Positions 9,937 to 21,050 of a DNA stretch of 64,000 nt are shown here, in pieces; the first letter of the stretch is position 1; each line of letters begins with the position of its first letter. The DNA lies in NCBI GenBank assembly GCA_965222855.1, contig CBDCUL010000007.1, positions 5,343 through 69,342 on the forward strand, written 5' to 3'. A program made the position numbers and the translations under genes. This DNA comes from Mycoplasmatales bacterium. GTDB taxonomy: Bacteria; Bacillota_I; Bacilli_A; Mycoplasmatales; JABABV01. The notes under the pieces are model-generated. The model did no database searches. It saw only the letters and a list, made by a program, of their open reading frames with translations, and was not told the DNA's origin.

Positions 9937-11085
9937 ATGTTTAAAAATAAATTATTACGTATTGGGTCGGTTGGAATTATGAGTCTGGGACTACTTAGTA
10001 TTAGTGCTAGTGCGCTTGTGGCTTGTGGTCATAAAAAGCATACTCCATCAAAATATAATTGAACTACTTTTTTAGCGGCCGCTAAAAAAGCTAGTGCAGC
10101 TGAAATTGTTGCTCCAAATAAAACAGCAATTGGCTGAGGTGATGTCCCTAATGCACAATTAGTTAAACAAAAAGAACCCATCATTACTGATCATAATATT
10201 GTTGTCCAAATTTATGCTAATCCAATTTGAGAAATTGCCTCATTTTCAATTTCAGCACCAGTTGATTACCAATATGATGCCAATAGTTGAACATGCAGCA
10301 TCTACCCACGATTAGTTCCTAATGGAACCTGAGATCAGTTTAAATATTTGGCAACTAAAGTTAGTCCAAATGATTTACTAAAAACTGCTAAAGTTGCCAA
10401 AAATTATGCTTCTTTCAAATGAGTAGGTAAAGCAGATACTAACGTGTGACAAAAAGATCAAGTTGCTGAATTTGACACTTATGGTGGCGATGGCACTACT
10501 AAAGTTGACCCTGTTGATATTATGCAAGGTGCGCCTAAAATTGACGAAGCTAATAAAACAATTAGTGCCATCATTTCAATTAAAGATAAAACTAAAGAAG
10601 GTACTTGCTATAGCAATCCTATCAAAGCAGTCATTAAATATAATAATGGCAATAACTATAATCTAAATCAATGAGTATTTAGTAAAATCAAACAATTACA
10701 ATCATTTGTTAGATGAACAACAATGTGACAAGCTGGCGATAAGGCAGCTCATACAGTCCAATTCTCGACATTCATTAAGCGCTATTGAACTGATTCAAGT
10801 CATTCAATGAATACTTTTATTTGATTTTGAATCCATTGAGACAATCATGGTGCTATTGCAAGTTATAGTCGTCGTGGTTCTGGATGAGATTGAAATACTA
10901 AAAACGGGACAACATATGAAATTTGATTTTGAATTACAACTAACACCGGACCATTACCAACGCATAGTGAATTACATCTAAGATTTAATTTTATGTATAA
11001 CGATATTAGTAATCATAATATTGGAACAGCTTTTAATTATGTATTTGTTACTAATGGTGCGCTTGTTTATCCACTAATTAGTTAA
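9937..11085 (+). CDS. lipoprotein, tandem paralog 1 of 5, 382 aa
   Basis: GAGG RBS, ATG 9937, signal peptide with lipobox LVACG. The frame is open to TAA 11083..11085 only with many TGA read as Trp. Conserved core W-x-K-x(3)-AEFD-x-YGG...TISAIISIKDK...NPIKA. Confidence 0.7.
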
Positions 11086-11284
11086 ATATTTTTTGATGTT
11101 AATAAAGTCATTATAAATATAAAAAATTTTAAATAATTATTTAAAATTTTTTTATGCTTAATTTAATAATAAAACAAAATCACAACCTTAGTTGTTGTCA
11201 GTGTATTAGTTTGATAAAATAATAGTATATAACAACACTTTTAATAATTACTCATTTTATCGAAGAAACAATGAGGTTGAGTCG

Positions 11285-12421
11285 ATGTTTAAAAATAAAT
11301 TATTACGGATTGGGTCGGTTGGAATTATGAGTCTGGGACTACTTAGTATTAGTGCTAGTGCTGTTGTTGCTTGCGGTCATAAAAAACCAGGTTTAAAATA
11401 TAATTGAACTACTTTTTTAGCTGCCGCCCAAAAAGCGAGTGGTGCTGAAATTGTTGCTCAATACAAGCAAACAATTGGTTGATACGACGTTCCGAGCAAC
11501 AAACTAATTAAACAAAAACCCGAATTCATCACAGGTCACAGTATTACAATTCAAGTTTATGCTAGTTCAATTTGGGAAGTTGCTTCATTTTCGATTAGTG
11601 CACCCGTGGACTATAAATATAGCGCAATTAATTGAAAATTAAGTATTAAACCAAAATCTGTGCCAACTGGTAGCTGAGAGCAATTTAAATATTTAGCAAG
11701 GACAATCAATGCGGCAACTTTACTAAAAACTGCTAAAGTTGCCAAAAATTATGCTTCTTTCAAATGGGAAGGTAAAGCAGATAGCAATGTTTGAAAAAAG
11801 ACTGATATAGCTGAGTTTGATCAATTTGGTGGTAGTGGTGGGACTAAAGCTGACCCAATTAATGTTATGCAAGGTGCTCCTAAAATTGACGAAGTTAATA
11901 AAACAATCACTGCCATCATTTCAATTGAAGATAAAACTAAAGAAGGCACTTGTTTTAGCAATCCAATCAAAGCAGTTGCTAAATATAATAATGGTGAAAA
12001 TTATGATCTTAGTAAATGATCATTTAGCAAAGTTAATCAATTACAATCGCATGCTAAATGATTAAGTATTTTTGCTTTTGAATTAGGAAAATGAAATAGC
12101 CTTGATTTTGCTCCTTTTACTGCAAGATCTTGAACTGCTTCTAATCATATCAGCACTAGTAATGATTGATTTTATAGCAATTGACAATTTAACCCAATTA
12201 CTAGTGTTATAAGAAGTATTCATGGTTGAGATACAAATACACCAACAGCAATGATTTATGAATTTGGTTATGATGTTCATTATAATATTTGACTTCCAGC
12301 TACAGGTTCATTTCATATCAAATTTTTATTCACTTATTATAATGTAAAAAATCATAATGTTGGTAATGCGTATAATTATGTCTTTTCACCTGATAGCTCA
12401 ACATTAGTTTACCCAAGCTAA
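11285..12421 (+). CDS. lipoprotein, tandem paralog 2 of 5, 378 aa
   Basis: Nearly the same signal peptide as paralog 1 (MFKNKLLRIGSVGIMSLGLLSISASAVVACG). Continuous in code 4 to TAA 12419..12421. Confidence 0.7.
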
Positions 12422-12618
12422 ATCTTTGCATTTTTTTAACTATAATACACTAGTAATAAAAAAATTTAAATTAATAATTTAAATTTTTTTATTACTGCTC
12501 TTCACATTTAAAATCAAGTGCTTAGTTGTTGTTGCGATATTAGTTTGATAAAATAAGATTATGAAGTAACTAAATTAATTATAAATTATTTGGTGATTTA
12601 AAAAGCGAGGCTTGATCT

Positions 12619-13737
12619 ATGTTTAAAAAGCAATTTTTTAGAATTAACGCAACATCTTTAATTGCAATTGGCTCATTATTATTAGGTCTAAATAGTTTAG
12701 TATCTTGTGGTCACAAAAGTAAAAAAGCAACATTTGCGACATTTTTAGCTGCTGCTGAAGCTACTTCGGCAGCAGCAATTGTTAATAACGCTAATCCAGA
12801 AGCAATCGCGTGACATAAAGTGAAACTTAATGATTTATTCAAACAAGGAAAACCAGTTATCATTGGCGAAACTATTACTCAACAAATTTATGCTGGCTCA
12901 ATTGGTGAAGTTGCTAAGTTTGAAATTAGTCCATCATATGATTATGTATATCGACTAAGATATTGAGGATGTGTTAAACAACCAAAATTTGAACCTGATG
13001 GGACGTGATTTCAATTTAAAACATTATCATTAATGGCAACAGCAGAGCAGCTTTTAAAAGCTGCTAGATTAGCAACTAATTGGTCTTCTTTTAAATGACA
13101 AGGACAGCCCCGTCTTAATGTGTGACAAAAATCTGAAAAAGCTGAATGAGATATTTATGGTGGCGCAGGTACTCGTGATGATCCACTTAATCTAATGCAT
13201 GGTCGCCCAGTAGTTGATGAAGTTAAACAAACAATTAGTGCGATCATTTCAATTAAATATGATGATAAAAAAGGTTGTTATGATGCTGATCCAATTAAAG
13301 CAATCATTCAATATACTCCCCATCTAAATTATCATATTAATTTATGAAAATTTAGTAAAATTAAACAAATTCAATCAATTGATAAATATAATCAAATTTT
13401 TAAAAATGAAGTTATTGCTGCAGATGATTTTCCAGATTTTGGTTCTAATAATTGAACTGATGAATCGCATATCTTAGATGCTTATCATTATTTATATAAC
13501 AATCAGCGTGATTTTGGAACAATTGCAAAAATTACATTTGATAGCGCTAGTTTTGTATCGGCTAATGATTATGGGATTACGAAACAAATTGTTTTCAACG
13601 TGAAAGCCAGTTGAGTTAATGTCCAATTCCGCCTCCGATTAACTTTTAGCTTTGTAAATGTTAATAATCAAAGAATTGGGTATGCATTTAATTATGTCTT
13701 TCCCGAAACTGACGCAATCATCATTATCGATAACTAA
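12619..13737 (+). CDS. lipoprotein, tandem paralog 3 of 5, 372 aa
   Basis: Track ORF 12619..12813 extended through TGA codons to TAA 13735..13737. Lipobox LVSCG and the same conserved core. A 19-bp perfect hairpin overlaps the stop. Confidence 0.7.
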
Positions 13738-13864
13738 ATATCATTCTGCAATTAAATGATATTTAGTTATCGACTATTAGTTTGATAAAATAATATTATA
13801 TATATAATATAAAACAAAAAAGATTATTGAAAATTATTTATTATTCAACAGCGAGGTAGAAACG

Positions 13865-15028
13865 ATGTTTAAAAATAAATTGTTTAAAATTAGCTTAGCA
13901 TCAATCGTGATTAGCGGTAGTATTGTTGCGGGATTAGGTAGTATATTTAGTCTTGTATCGTGTGGTCATAAAAGTAACCCACCAATAGCTGATTGAAATA
14001 GTTTTTATAAACAAGCTATCAATGAATCAACAATCAATATTATTAATAATGCTAATCCTTTAACAACTAAAGGTTGAAAAGATGATTATGAACCAGCTGA
14101 TTTTACAGCTGATAAGCCAATTGTTGTTAAGCAGACAATTTCAATTGTCATTCATGCTGTGCTATTAAAACAATTTGCCACTTTTCAAATTAGAGCATCA
14201 TCTGACTTTATTTATAATGTGAAAAGTTGAGAATGTATCAAACAACCACAATATAATGACAAAGCAGTTTGAGATTTCTTTAAAATAAGCGCGACCGCCG
14301 AAAGTGCTCCTAAATTATTAGTGCAAGCTAAGACATCACAATCTTGAAATAGTTTTAAATGAGACGGTGATGCTAGTATTAATGTTTGACAAAAATCTGA
14401 TCAAGCTGAATTTGATGTATATGGTGGTCTTGGTCAACACAATGACCCGCTTAATCTAATGCGTGGCTTTCCTAGTTTTGATGAAATTAATCACACTGTA
14501 AGTGCAATTATTTCAATTAAAGATAAAAATGGCACTTATGATGCTAATCCGATTAAAGCCACAATTAAGTTTGATACTTTAATTAATAAAAAATATTCTA
14601 TTGAAGATTGAACATTTAGTCAAGCAACTCAATATCAGTCATGAGAGAAAAATCAAGCCATTTTTAATAGTCAAGTTACTATCGCTAAAAATGATATTAA
14701 AAAATTTCAAAGTCATACTTGAGATAATCAAGACCATAGTGAAGATGCGCAAGCTTTTTTAAAAACTATTGGTTTACCTGGGATTACTAGAATTTTAACT
14801 TTTAAAAGTTCTGAAGTTAATTTTCAAATTGATTCATCAGGAATAACTTCGGTAATTGTTCTTAATGTTAAAGATCAATTTAACCATATGTTAGCAGAGT
14901 TTGATGTAAAATATACTTTTAAATTTAGAGATCCAAGTAAAAGTACGACTACCGGGAGCGCCTTTAATTATATCTTTGATACTCATAATAGTGTTCATCC
15001 GACTCATAAGCAACATTTTAAAATTTAG
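13865..15028 (+). CDS. lipoprotein, tandem paralog 4 of 5, 387 aa
   Basis: ATG 13865, lipobox LVSCG, family core (AEFDVYGG..., TVSAIISIKDKNG), TAG 15026..15028. Confidence 0.65.
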
Positions 15029-15046
15029 AACACGAGGTTAGAAATA

Positions 15047-16237
15047 ATGTTTAAAAATAAATATTTTAAATTAGGAAGTATTTCAACTATGGCTATTGGT
15101 CTAAGTGTTGGCGGGAGTGTTGCTTTTGTATCTTGTGGTCATAAGCACAAAGCAACGTTCGGAACGTTCGGAACATTCCAAACTGCAGCATTAAAAGAGA
15201 ATGTTGCTAATATTGTTAAGAATGCCAAAGTTAAAGCAAGTAGTTGAGTTGGATTTAAAGATGATGATTTTACTAAACAAGGGCTCCCAACAATTGAAGG
15301 TCACAAAATCACAATTAAAATTTATGCCAAATCCAACTGAACAATTGCTTCTTTTTCAATAACTGCTCCTGCTAATAATGTCTATCGTGTTGGTGATTGA
15401 GAATGTAGCAACCAACCAGCATTAGTACCAAATGGAACATGAGAGCAATTTAAAACACTAGCTTTAGCCGAAACACCAACCAACCTCCTAAGCACTGTTA
15501 AAAAAGTACCAAATTATAAAAAAAATTTTAAATGAGATGGTGATGCTAATATTAATGCTTGAGCCGAAAATGCGATCCCAGAATTTGATGTATATGGTGG
15601 TAGTGGTACTACTGGAGATCCATTAGATGTGATGCATGGACAGCCTTTAATTGATCAATCTAAGCAAACAGTTACTGCTATTATATCAATCAAAGATAGC
15701 ACTAAAGAGGGCTTATATGATGCTGATCCAATCAAAGCAGTTATTAGATATACTAATAACGTAAACTACCATGTTAGTGATTGAATCTTCACTCCAATAG
15801 TTCAGAGTCAATCATTCATTAAATATAAATCAATTTTTGAAACTGAAATTGCTGTTGCTAAAGCTGTGAGTAAAGACACTTTTGATAGTTTCGGAAGTCA
15901 TAATTGACTTGGAAATCTTTCGCAAATGCCGAATGGTCACAATAGTGTTTCCTTGATAACTCATAATGATCACAGTACGACTGCTACTGATTTTTTATCG
16001 GGAGCTGGGTTTTTTTCAGTAATTGATGATCGGAGATTTAATCGTGTCGATGATTTTACTACTATTCAAGGTGGTTTAATTTCTGCTATTGTATTTGATA
16101 TAATTACTGGAGTTGGTGAAAAAGATGGTCAATTTCGCCTAGTATTTACTTTTAAATTTGTTGATGATAACCATCATATTGGAATGGCTTTTAATTATTT
16201 ATTTCCGAAAGCTCATGCTTTATATTTTACTAATTAA
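15047..16237 (+). CDS. lipoprotein, tandem paralog 5 of 5, 396 aa
   Basis: Track ORFs 15047..15247 and 15926..16237 share one frame. Lipobox FVSCG. Starts 18 nt after paralog 4 with a GAGG RBS. Confidence 0.65.
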
Positions 16238-16299
16238 TTAATCAGGTTTAAATAATTATTTTTGAAATAAAAGTAATTATTTTTAATTGTAAAATTTAG

Positions 16300-16345
16300 T
16301 TGACATTCTCAAACATTTTATATACAATGTATTTGATAATGTCAA
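16300..16345 (+). promoter_or_regulatory. consensus sigma-70-type promoter (TTGACA-17 nt-TACAAT) embedded in an inverted repeat TTGACATT...AATGTCAA, likely the MarR operator
   Basis: TTGACA at 16300..16305 and TACAAT at 16323..16328. The 8-nt arms at 16300..16307 and 16338..16345 are perfect reverse complements. Confidence 0.55.
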
Positions 16346-16396
16346 ACAATTATCTAAAATAAATATCAGAACTTAAAATCGGAAGTGGGATTTAAT

Positions 16397-16840
16397 ATGG
16401 ATAAATATACAAATGCGATTTGCTTGTTTAATCAATTAGTGGCAAAAAGAAAACGCCACATTAAAAAATTACTATGTGAATTTGATTTATCAGCATTGCA
16501 AGGTAAAATTATTTATTTATTAGCTCACAGCGAAAAACATAAACAAAAAGTTAATGCAATTGCGCAAGAATATAGCCTAGATTATGGCCAACTATCACGC
16601 GCAATTACAAAAATGGAAAAAGACAAGGTCATTTTTTTTCAAAATGACCTTGAAGATAAGCGTCAAAAATATATTGTCTTGAATAAAGAATCACTAATTG
16701 TCAAAAGTTTTAAAGCAAAATTTTGAGAACAATTTAATAGTGAATTCCGCAGCTTAGATCAAAATGAGATTATTATTTTTGAAAAACTTTTACAAAGGAT
16801 GGTGAATAGTGATGACTCAATTAACCAAAAAACAAATTAA
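16397..16840 (+). CDS. MarR-family transcriptional regulator, 147 aa
   Basis: Winged-helix-like region (VNAIAQEYSLDYGQLSRAITKMEKDKVIFFQNDLEDKRQKYIVL). Read-through of TGA 16724..16726 gives TAA 16838..16840, overlapping the next gene by 29 nt. Confidence 0.6.
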
Positions 16841-18563
16841 AACAAATCGTGCCCATTATATGTTTGGCGAGATGAAAGTGCCAAAAGCAATTTTAAAAAT
16901 TGGAATCCCCTCAATTATCGGGATGTTAGTGATGGGATTATATACTTTCTTTGATTCGTTTATGGCACAAAGATTATTATCGAGTGAAGGTTATTCAATT
17001 GGGATAGCTTCTTCGAAAATTAATCCAATCGTAACCGGATTAATGTCATTTGGATTTTTATTTGCCTTAGGGGGCGCAACGCGATTTAGCGTTGCCCTCG
17101 GTCAAAAAAATCCCGAAAGGCAAAAAGAAATTGCCGCATGATCATTTTTCGTTGGATTTGTTGTAGTTATTTTAATTACTTTAATTACAAAATTTTCATT
17201 GAATGCAATTTGACGTGCCCAAGCAATTTCATCTAACGATCCAGCAATCGTTAATTATGCAATTCCTTTTCTAAATATTTATTTATGAGGAAGTATTATC
17301 CAGTTCGTCTTTATGTTTTTTACTAACTTCTTACGAAGTGATGGTTTAAACGGTGTCGCAGCTGGAGCTTATATTTTATCTTCAGTTGTTAATATATTTT
17401 TAGATTGAATCTTTATGAGTCCCCATATTGCCGCAATGGGTTATAAAGGAGGCGCCCTAGCTACTACTCTAGCTTGAGTAGTAGGTCTAGTTTACGTCTT
17501 ATTCTTCTATTTTAGAAATATTCGCCATGGGGGTCATTTTATTATTCACCCCAAATATTTACGTGGTGGTAAAAAAATTATTTTATTAGTTATGTTAATT
17601 GGACTAACACCATTTGCACGAAATTTTGGTGGCTCAATTACTTCAACTGTGGGAAATCATTTCTTATCTAATTTACCATCCCATCCAATTAATTGGGATG
17701 CCAATGCAATTCAGCAATGAATTGCAGGTATAAAAGCCCATGGTGGGTGAAGTGCGATTCCAGCATCCTTCCGGACTTTCTTAGAATCGCATGGAATTCA
17801 CAATATGAATGAGTTGACCGTTAATAGTTTAGAGGCTGTCCTCCAGCAAAGTTTCGGTAGTCAATATTGACAACGTTTATTTGCTGGAGTAATGCCAATG
17901 TTAATGCTGTTCTTTATGCCGTCATTTGGAATTATTCAAGCATCTCGAGGCTTGATTGCTTACAATTACGGTGCTAAAAATAAAGAACGTGTTATTCAAG
18001 GTGTTTGATGAACTATCATGATGGCAGTATCTTACTTCATTTTAGCAACAATTGTTATTATGTTAGCAGGTCATGCAATCGCCGCTGGCTTCAACGTTAC
18101 TAATAATGCGACAGTTGGAATTTTAGTTAATGGTCATATGTTAACACTTGGTTCAATGCCAACGCTAGGTAACGATGTTCAAAAAGTTATTTACATTATG
18201 TTTTGATCATTACCAGTTTATGGGATTCAATTTGGAGCAATGACTTTCTTCCAGTCAACTAACCGAATTGTTTGATCAACATTTATGGCACTTCTAAGAG
18301 GGGTTATTATTGAAATTCCTTCACTATTCTTACTATCTAGTCTAGCGCATCATTACAATGATGCTTGACTATACTTCTGAGGCTATCCAGTAATGGATGT
18401 TGTTTCAACACTAATCACCATTCCGATTATGTTTTGAGCACTTCATCAACTTAAAGTTAATGGCTTTAAAAAAGATATGGATGAAGAAGCTAATATGAAC
18501 GTGTACAAAGAAGAAAAAATTGAAGAAGTTGACGAATTTGCTTTAAAAATTAAAGCAACTTAA
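16812..18563 (+). CDS. MATE-family multidrug efflux transporter, 583 aa
   Basis: Track ORFs 16809..17141 and 18018..18206 are in one frame, with many TGA-Trp and about 12 hydrophobic segments. MATE-like N-terminus (KILKIGIPSIIGMLVMGLYTFFDSFM). TAA 18561..18563. Confidence 0.6.
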
Positions 18564-18661
18564 AAGACTTTTATAAGTTTATTAATATAAAAAATAACTA
18601 ATCATTAATTAGTTATTTTTTTTAATATCAAAATTTATTTTCATTATTTTAAATAATAACA

Positions 18662-18758
18662 TTGTAATTTGTTTTTATCTATGTTAATATAGTGGTGCGT
18701 CATTGTGCCAAAAGTGGCGCATCAGAGTTTGTGGACTCTTTAAAACCCACTTTTTTTT
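18662..18758 (+). ncRNA. candidate small RNA minigene, copy 1 (promoter + hairpin + terminator)
   Basis: TTGTAA-17 nt-TAATAT (18662..18690), then UGGUGCGUCA-loop-UGGCGCAUCA (a 10-bp stem), then GTGGA..CCCAC plus T8 ending at 18758. Confidence 0.45.
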
Positions 18759-18790
18759 ATGCACTATATTTATTATTTATGATAAAGATA

Positions 18791-18887
18791 TTGTAATTTA
18801 TTTTTATCTGTGTTAGTATGGTGGTAAGCTATTCTTTTAAAGATGGTGACTTGGAAGTTTGTGGGGCCTTTAAAACCCACTTTTTTT
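18791..18887 (+). ncRNA. candidate small RNA minigene, copy 2
   Basis: TTGTAA-17 nt-TAGTAT (18791..18819), a ~60-nt body homologous to copies 1 and 3, then GTGGG..CCCAC plus T7 ending at 18887. Confidence 0.45.
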
Positions 18888-18996
18888 ATGCGCTATTTAT
18901 AATTTTGATCACTTTTATTATTAAAATATAACAGGTTGATATTATCGTATAATCATCAAATTTTGAATTATTTTTTATTTATTGTAAAAAAACCTA

Positions 18997-19094
18997 TTGT
19001 AATTTATTTTTATCTGTGTTAGTATGGTGGTAAGCCATTTTATTAAAGGTGGCGACTCGGAAGTTGTGGGACTCTTTTCAAACCCACTTTTTTT
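18997..19094 (+). ncRNA. candidate small RNA minigene, copy 3
   Basis: TTGTAA-17 nt-TAGTAT (18997..19025), a homologous body, then GTGGG..CCCAC plus T7 ending at 19094. Confidence 0.45.
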
Positions 19095-19161
19095 ATGCAG
19101 ATATAGCACTAATTTAAAATTGATCATTATGATGAATTAGTCGAAAAAAAATAACTAATAA

Positions 19162-20892
19162 TTAATTAGTTATTTTTTTTAATGAGGGAACTTTCTTTTC
19201 AATTTTTCATTTACTAATTTTATTAATGCGTTCTTGAATAATTGATGTTAAAATTTTATACGCACTTTCATCAATTTTAGTAACACTAGTTTGTAATTTA
19301 TCAGCTTCTTTTTGAATTGTTTCAACTTGACTTTTAATTTTATTAAAAGTATCTTTTAATAAAGTCTCTTTGAAATTTTCGAAATCACGAATGATTTGTT
19401 CTTTATTTTCTAGATCGATTGTTTCTTTAGTTAAATCATAGCGTTTTAGTGCAAACTCTTTAACTAAAGATAAGAAAGTAATGAAATATTGTGGTCTAAT
19501 AATAAAGATATTTTTATATTCAGGATTGTTTACTTTTGAGACTAAGAAATCTTGAGTATTCATTTCTAACTCCGAAATTAATAATCCATATTGACCATCA
19601 AAGTTAATACGATCTTCATTTAGTTTAGCTAAATGATCGCTGTTCTTTTTCCGATTACTATCTTTACTAAACATGCTTTCACTTTTAGCTTCAATAATAA
19701 CACGCGTAATTACTTGACCAGCATCGTTATTAACAACGAATTCAAAGTCTGGTTTTTTACCTTTGATTGCTTTGTTTGTTTTTGATAATGGACAATTATC
19801 GAATTGAAAAGAATATCTTTTATATTCTTCTTCAATTCAATTTTCTAAATCTTCACCAATAACTTTAATGCTCATTGCTTGACGCTGACGAGTTAAGTCA
19901 TTATATTTTTTATCAATTGCATCTTTGTCGGCTTTTTGCTGATTAAATAATAAACTATATTTTACTTCCGCAGCAGTTTCACTTTCAGTTTTAATAGCTG
20001 TTAGTTTTTGATTTAATACTGCATCATATTGTTGTTTTAATTCTTGTTCTTTAGAAATTAGTGCTTTTTGACTATTTAATATTTCTTGATTACGGATTGT
20101 TTGAACCTCAGAATTTAATTTAGAAATTTGATCACGATATTCTTTATTGATTCTATTTTCATTATTTGATAATTTTGTATCAAAATTATTTTGAGCAATT
20201 TTGTTAGCTTGCGTTAATTCAAAATTAGTATTTTTTAACGTTTGTAACGCTTGGTCATTAGCTAATTCTGTGCGTTGTTTAATTGTTTTTATTTCTGAAG
20301 TTAAATCATTAATTTGATCGCGGTATTTTTCATTAATTTTATTTTCATTATCTTTTAATCTTGTTTCAAAATTATTTTTATTCATTGTATTTGTTTGTGA
20401 TAATGTAAATTTATCATTTTTTAAACCTTGGACAACTGTTTCGTTTTCTAATTGAGTTTGTTGTTTAATAGTTTCAATTTGTGAATTTAATTTAGAAATT
20501 TTATCAAGATATTGTTGGTTAATTTTATTTTCATTATTTGATAATTCTGTATCAAAATGATTTTGAGCAATTGTTATTTTTTGTGATAATTCAAATTTTT
20601 CTTGCTCTAAATCAGTAATTTTTATATTATATTTTTCTTTCATATCAGCTGCTTGTTTACTTAGTGCTGATTCTTGAATAGCACTAGCTTCACTATTTAA
20701 TTCTTGGCGAAGTTCTGCTTTCATAATGTTACGTTGTGCTTCATTGATTTTTTCAATATTAGCATACACAATTGATAAATCAACTGTAGTAGCATCGTTA
20801 ATTGCAATAATATCGCCTTTAGAACCATCTTCTTCTAAGACGTATTCTAAATTATTAGCATCGCTTAAACTAATGCGGAGTTTTTTAGCCAT
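19162..20892 (-). CDS. DUF2130/RmuC-like protein: long coiled coil plus C-terminal PD-(D/E)xK nuclease-like domain, 576 aa
   Basis: Track ORFs 19837..20946 and 19207..19674 join in frame through TGA, and the frame continues past TGA 19207 to TAA 19162..19164. IGEDLENW...KPDFEFVV...VIIEAKSE fits a D...ExK nuclease core. ATG at 20892 (MAKKLRISL). Confidence 0.6.
20040..20562 (-). repeat. about three in-frame 186-nt (62-aa) tandem repeats in the coiled-coil region
   Basis: NHFDTELSNNENKINQQYLDKISKLNSQIETIKQQTQL... / NNFETRLKDNENKINEKYRDQINDLTSEIKTIKQRTEL... / NNFDTKLSNNENRINKEYRDQISKLNSEVQTIRNQ... Confidence 0.6.
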
Positions 20893-21050
20893 AATTTTCA
20901 CTTCTTTCTTTTTCAATTTCACGTTTGGTAAATAAAATATTAACATAAAAATTGCATAAAAAGTAAAATAAAAATTATTTTATTACTTCCTTAGTTGTGC
21001 TATCATTTTTATTATGAAACAATCTTATTTCAAAGGAGTGAAATAAACAT

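Noticed and set aside
12083-12280. Minus-strand ORF inside lipoprotein paralog 2. Similar shadow ORFs occur at 20726..20935, 24834..25028, 25119..25340, 35415..35606, 36885..37115, 37679..37948, 51107..51337, 51782..51985, 55100..55306, 57939..58127, 60458..60748 and 60693..60950.
   Set aside because: Each lies antisense within a well-supported gene and lacks an RBS or any homology.
18685-19140. Small hydrophobic peptides that can be read from the three minigenes (for example MVVSYSFKDGDLEVCGAFKTHFFYALFIILITFIIKI), considered as type I toxins.
   Set aside because: The candidate start codon overlaps the -10 box, so it would not be in the transcript. There is no RBS. The frame runs through the terminator T-run. 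Copy 3 is frameshifted relative to copies 1 and 2, and the peptide sequence is not conserved.
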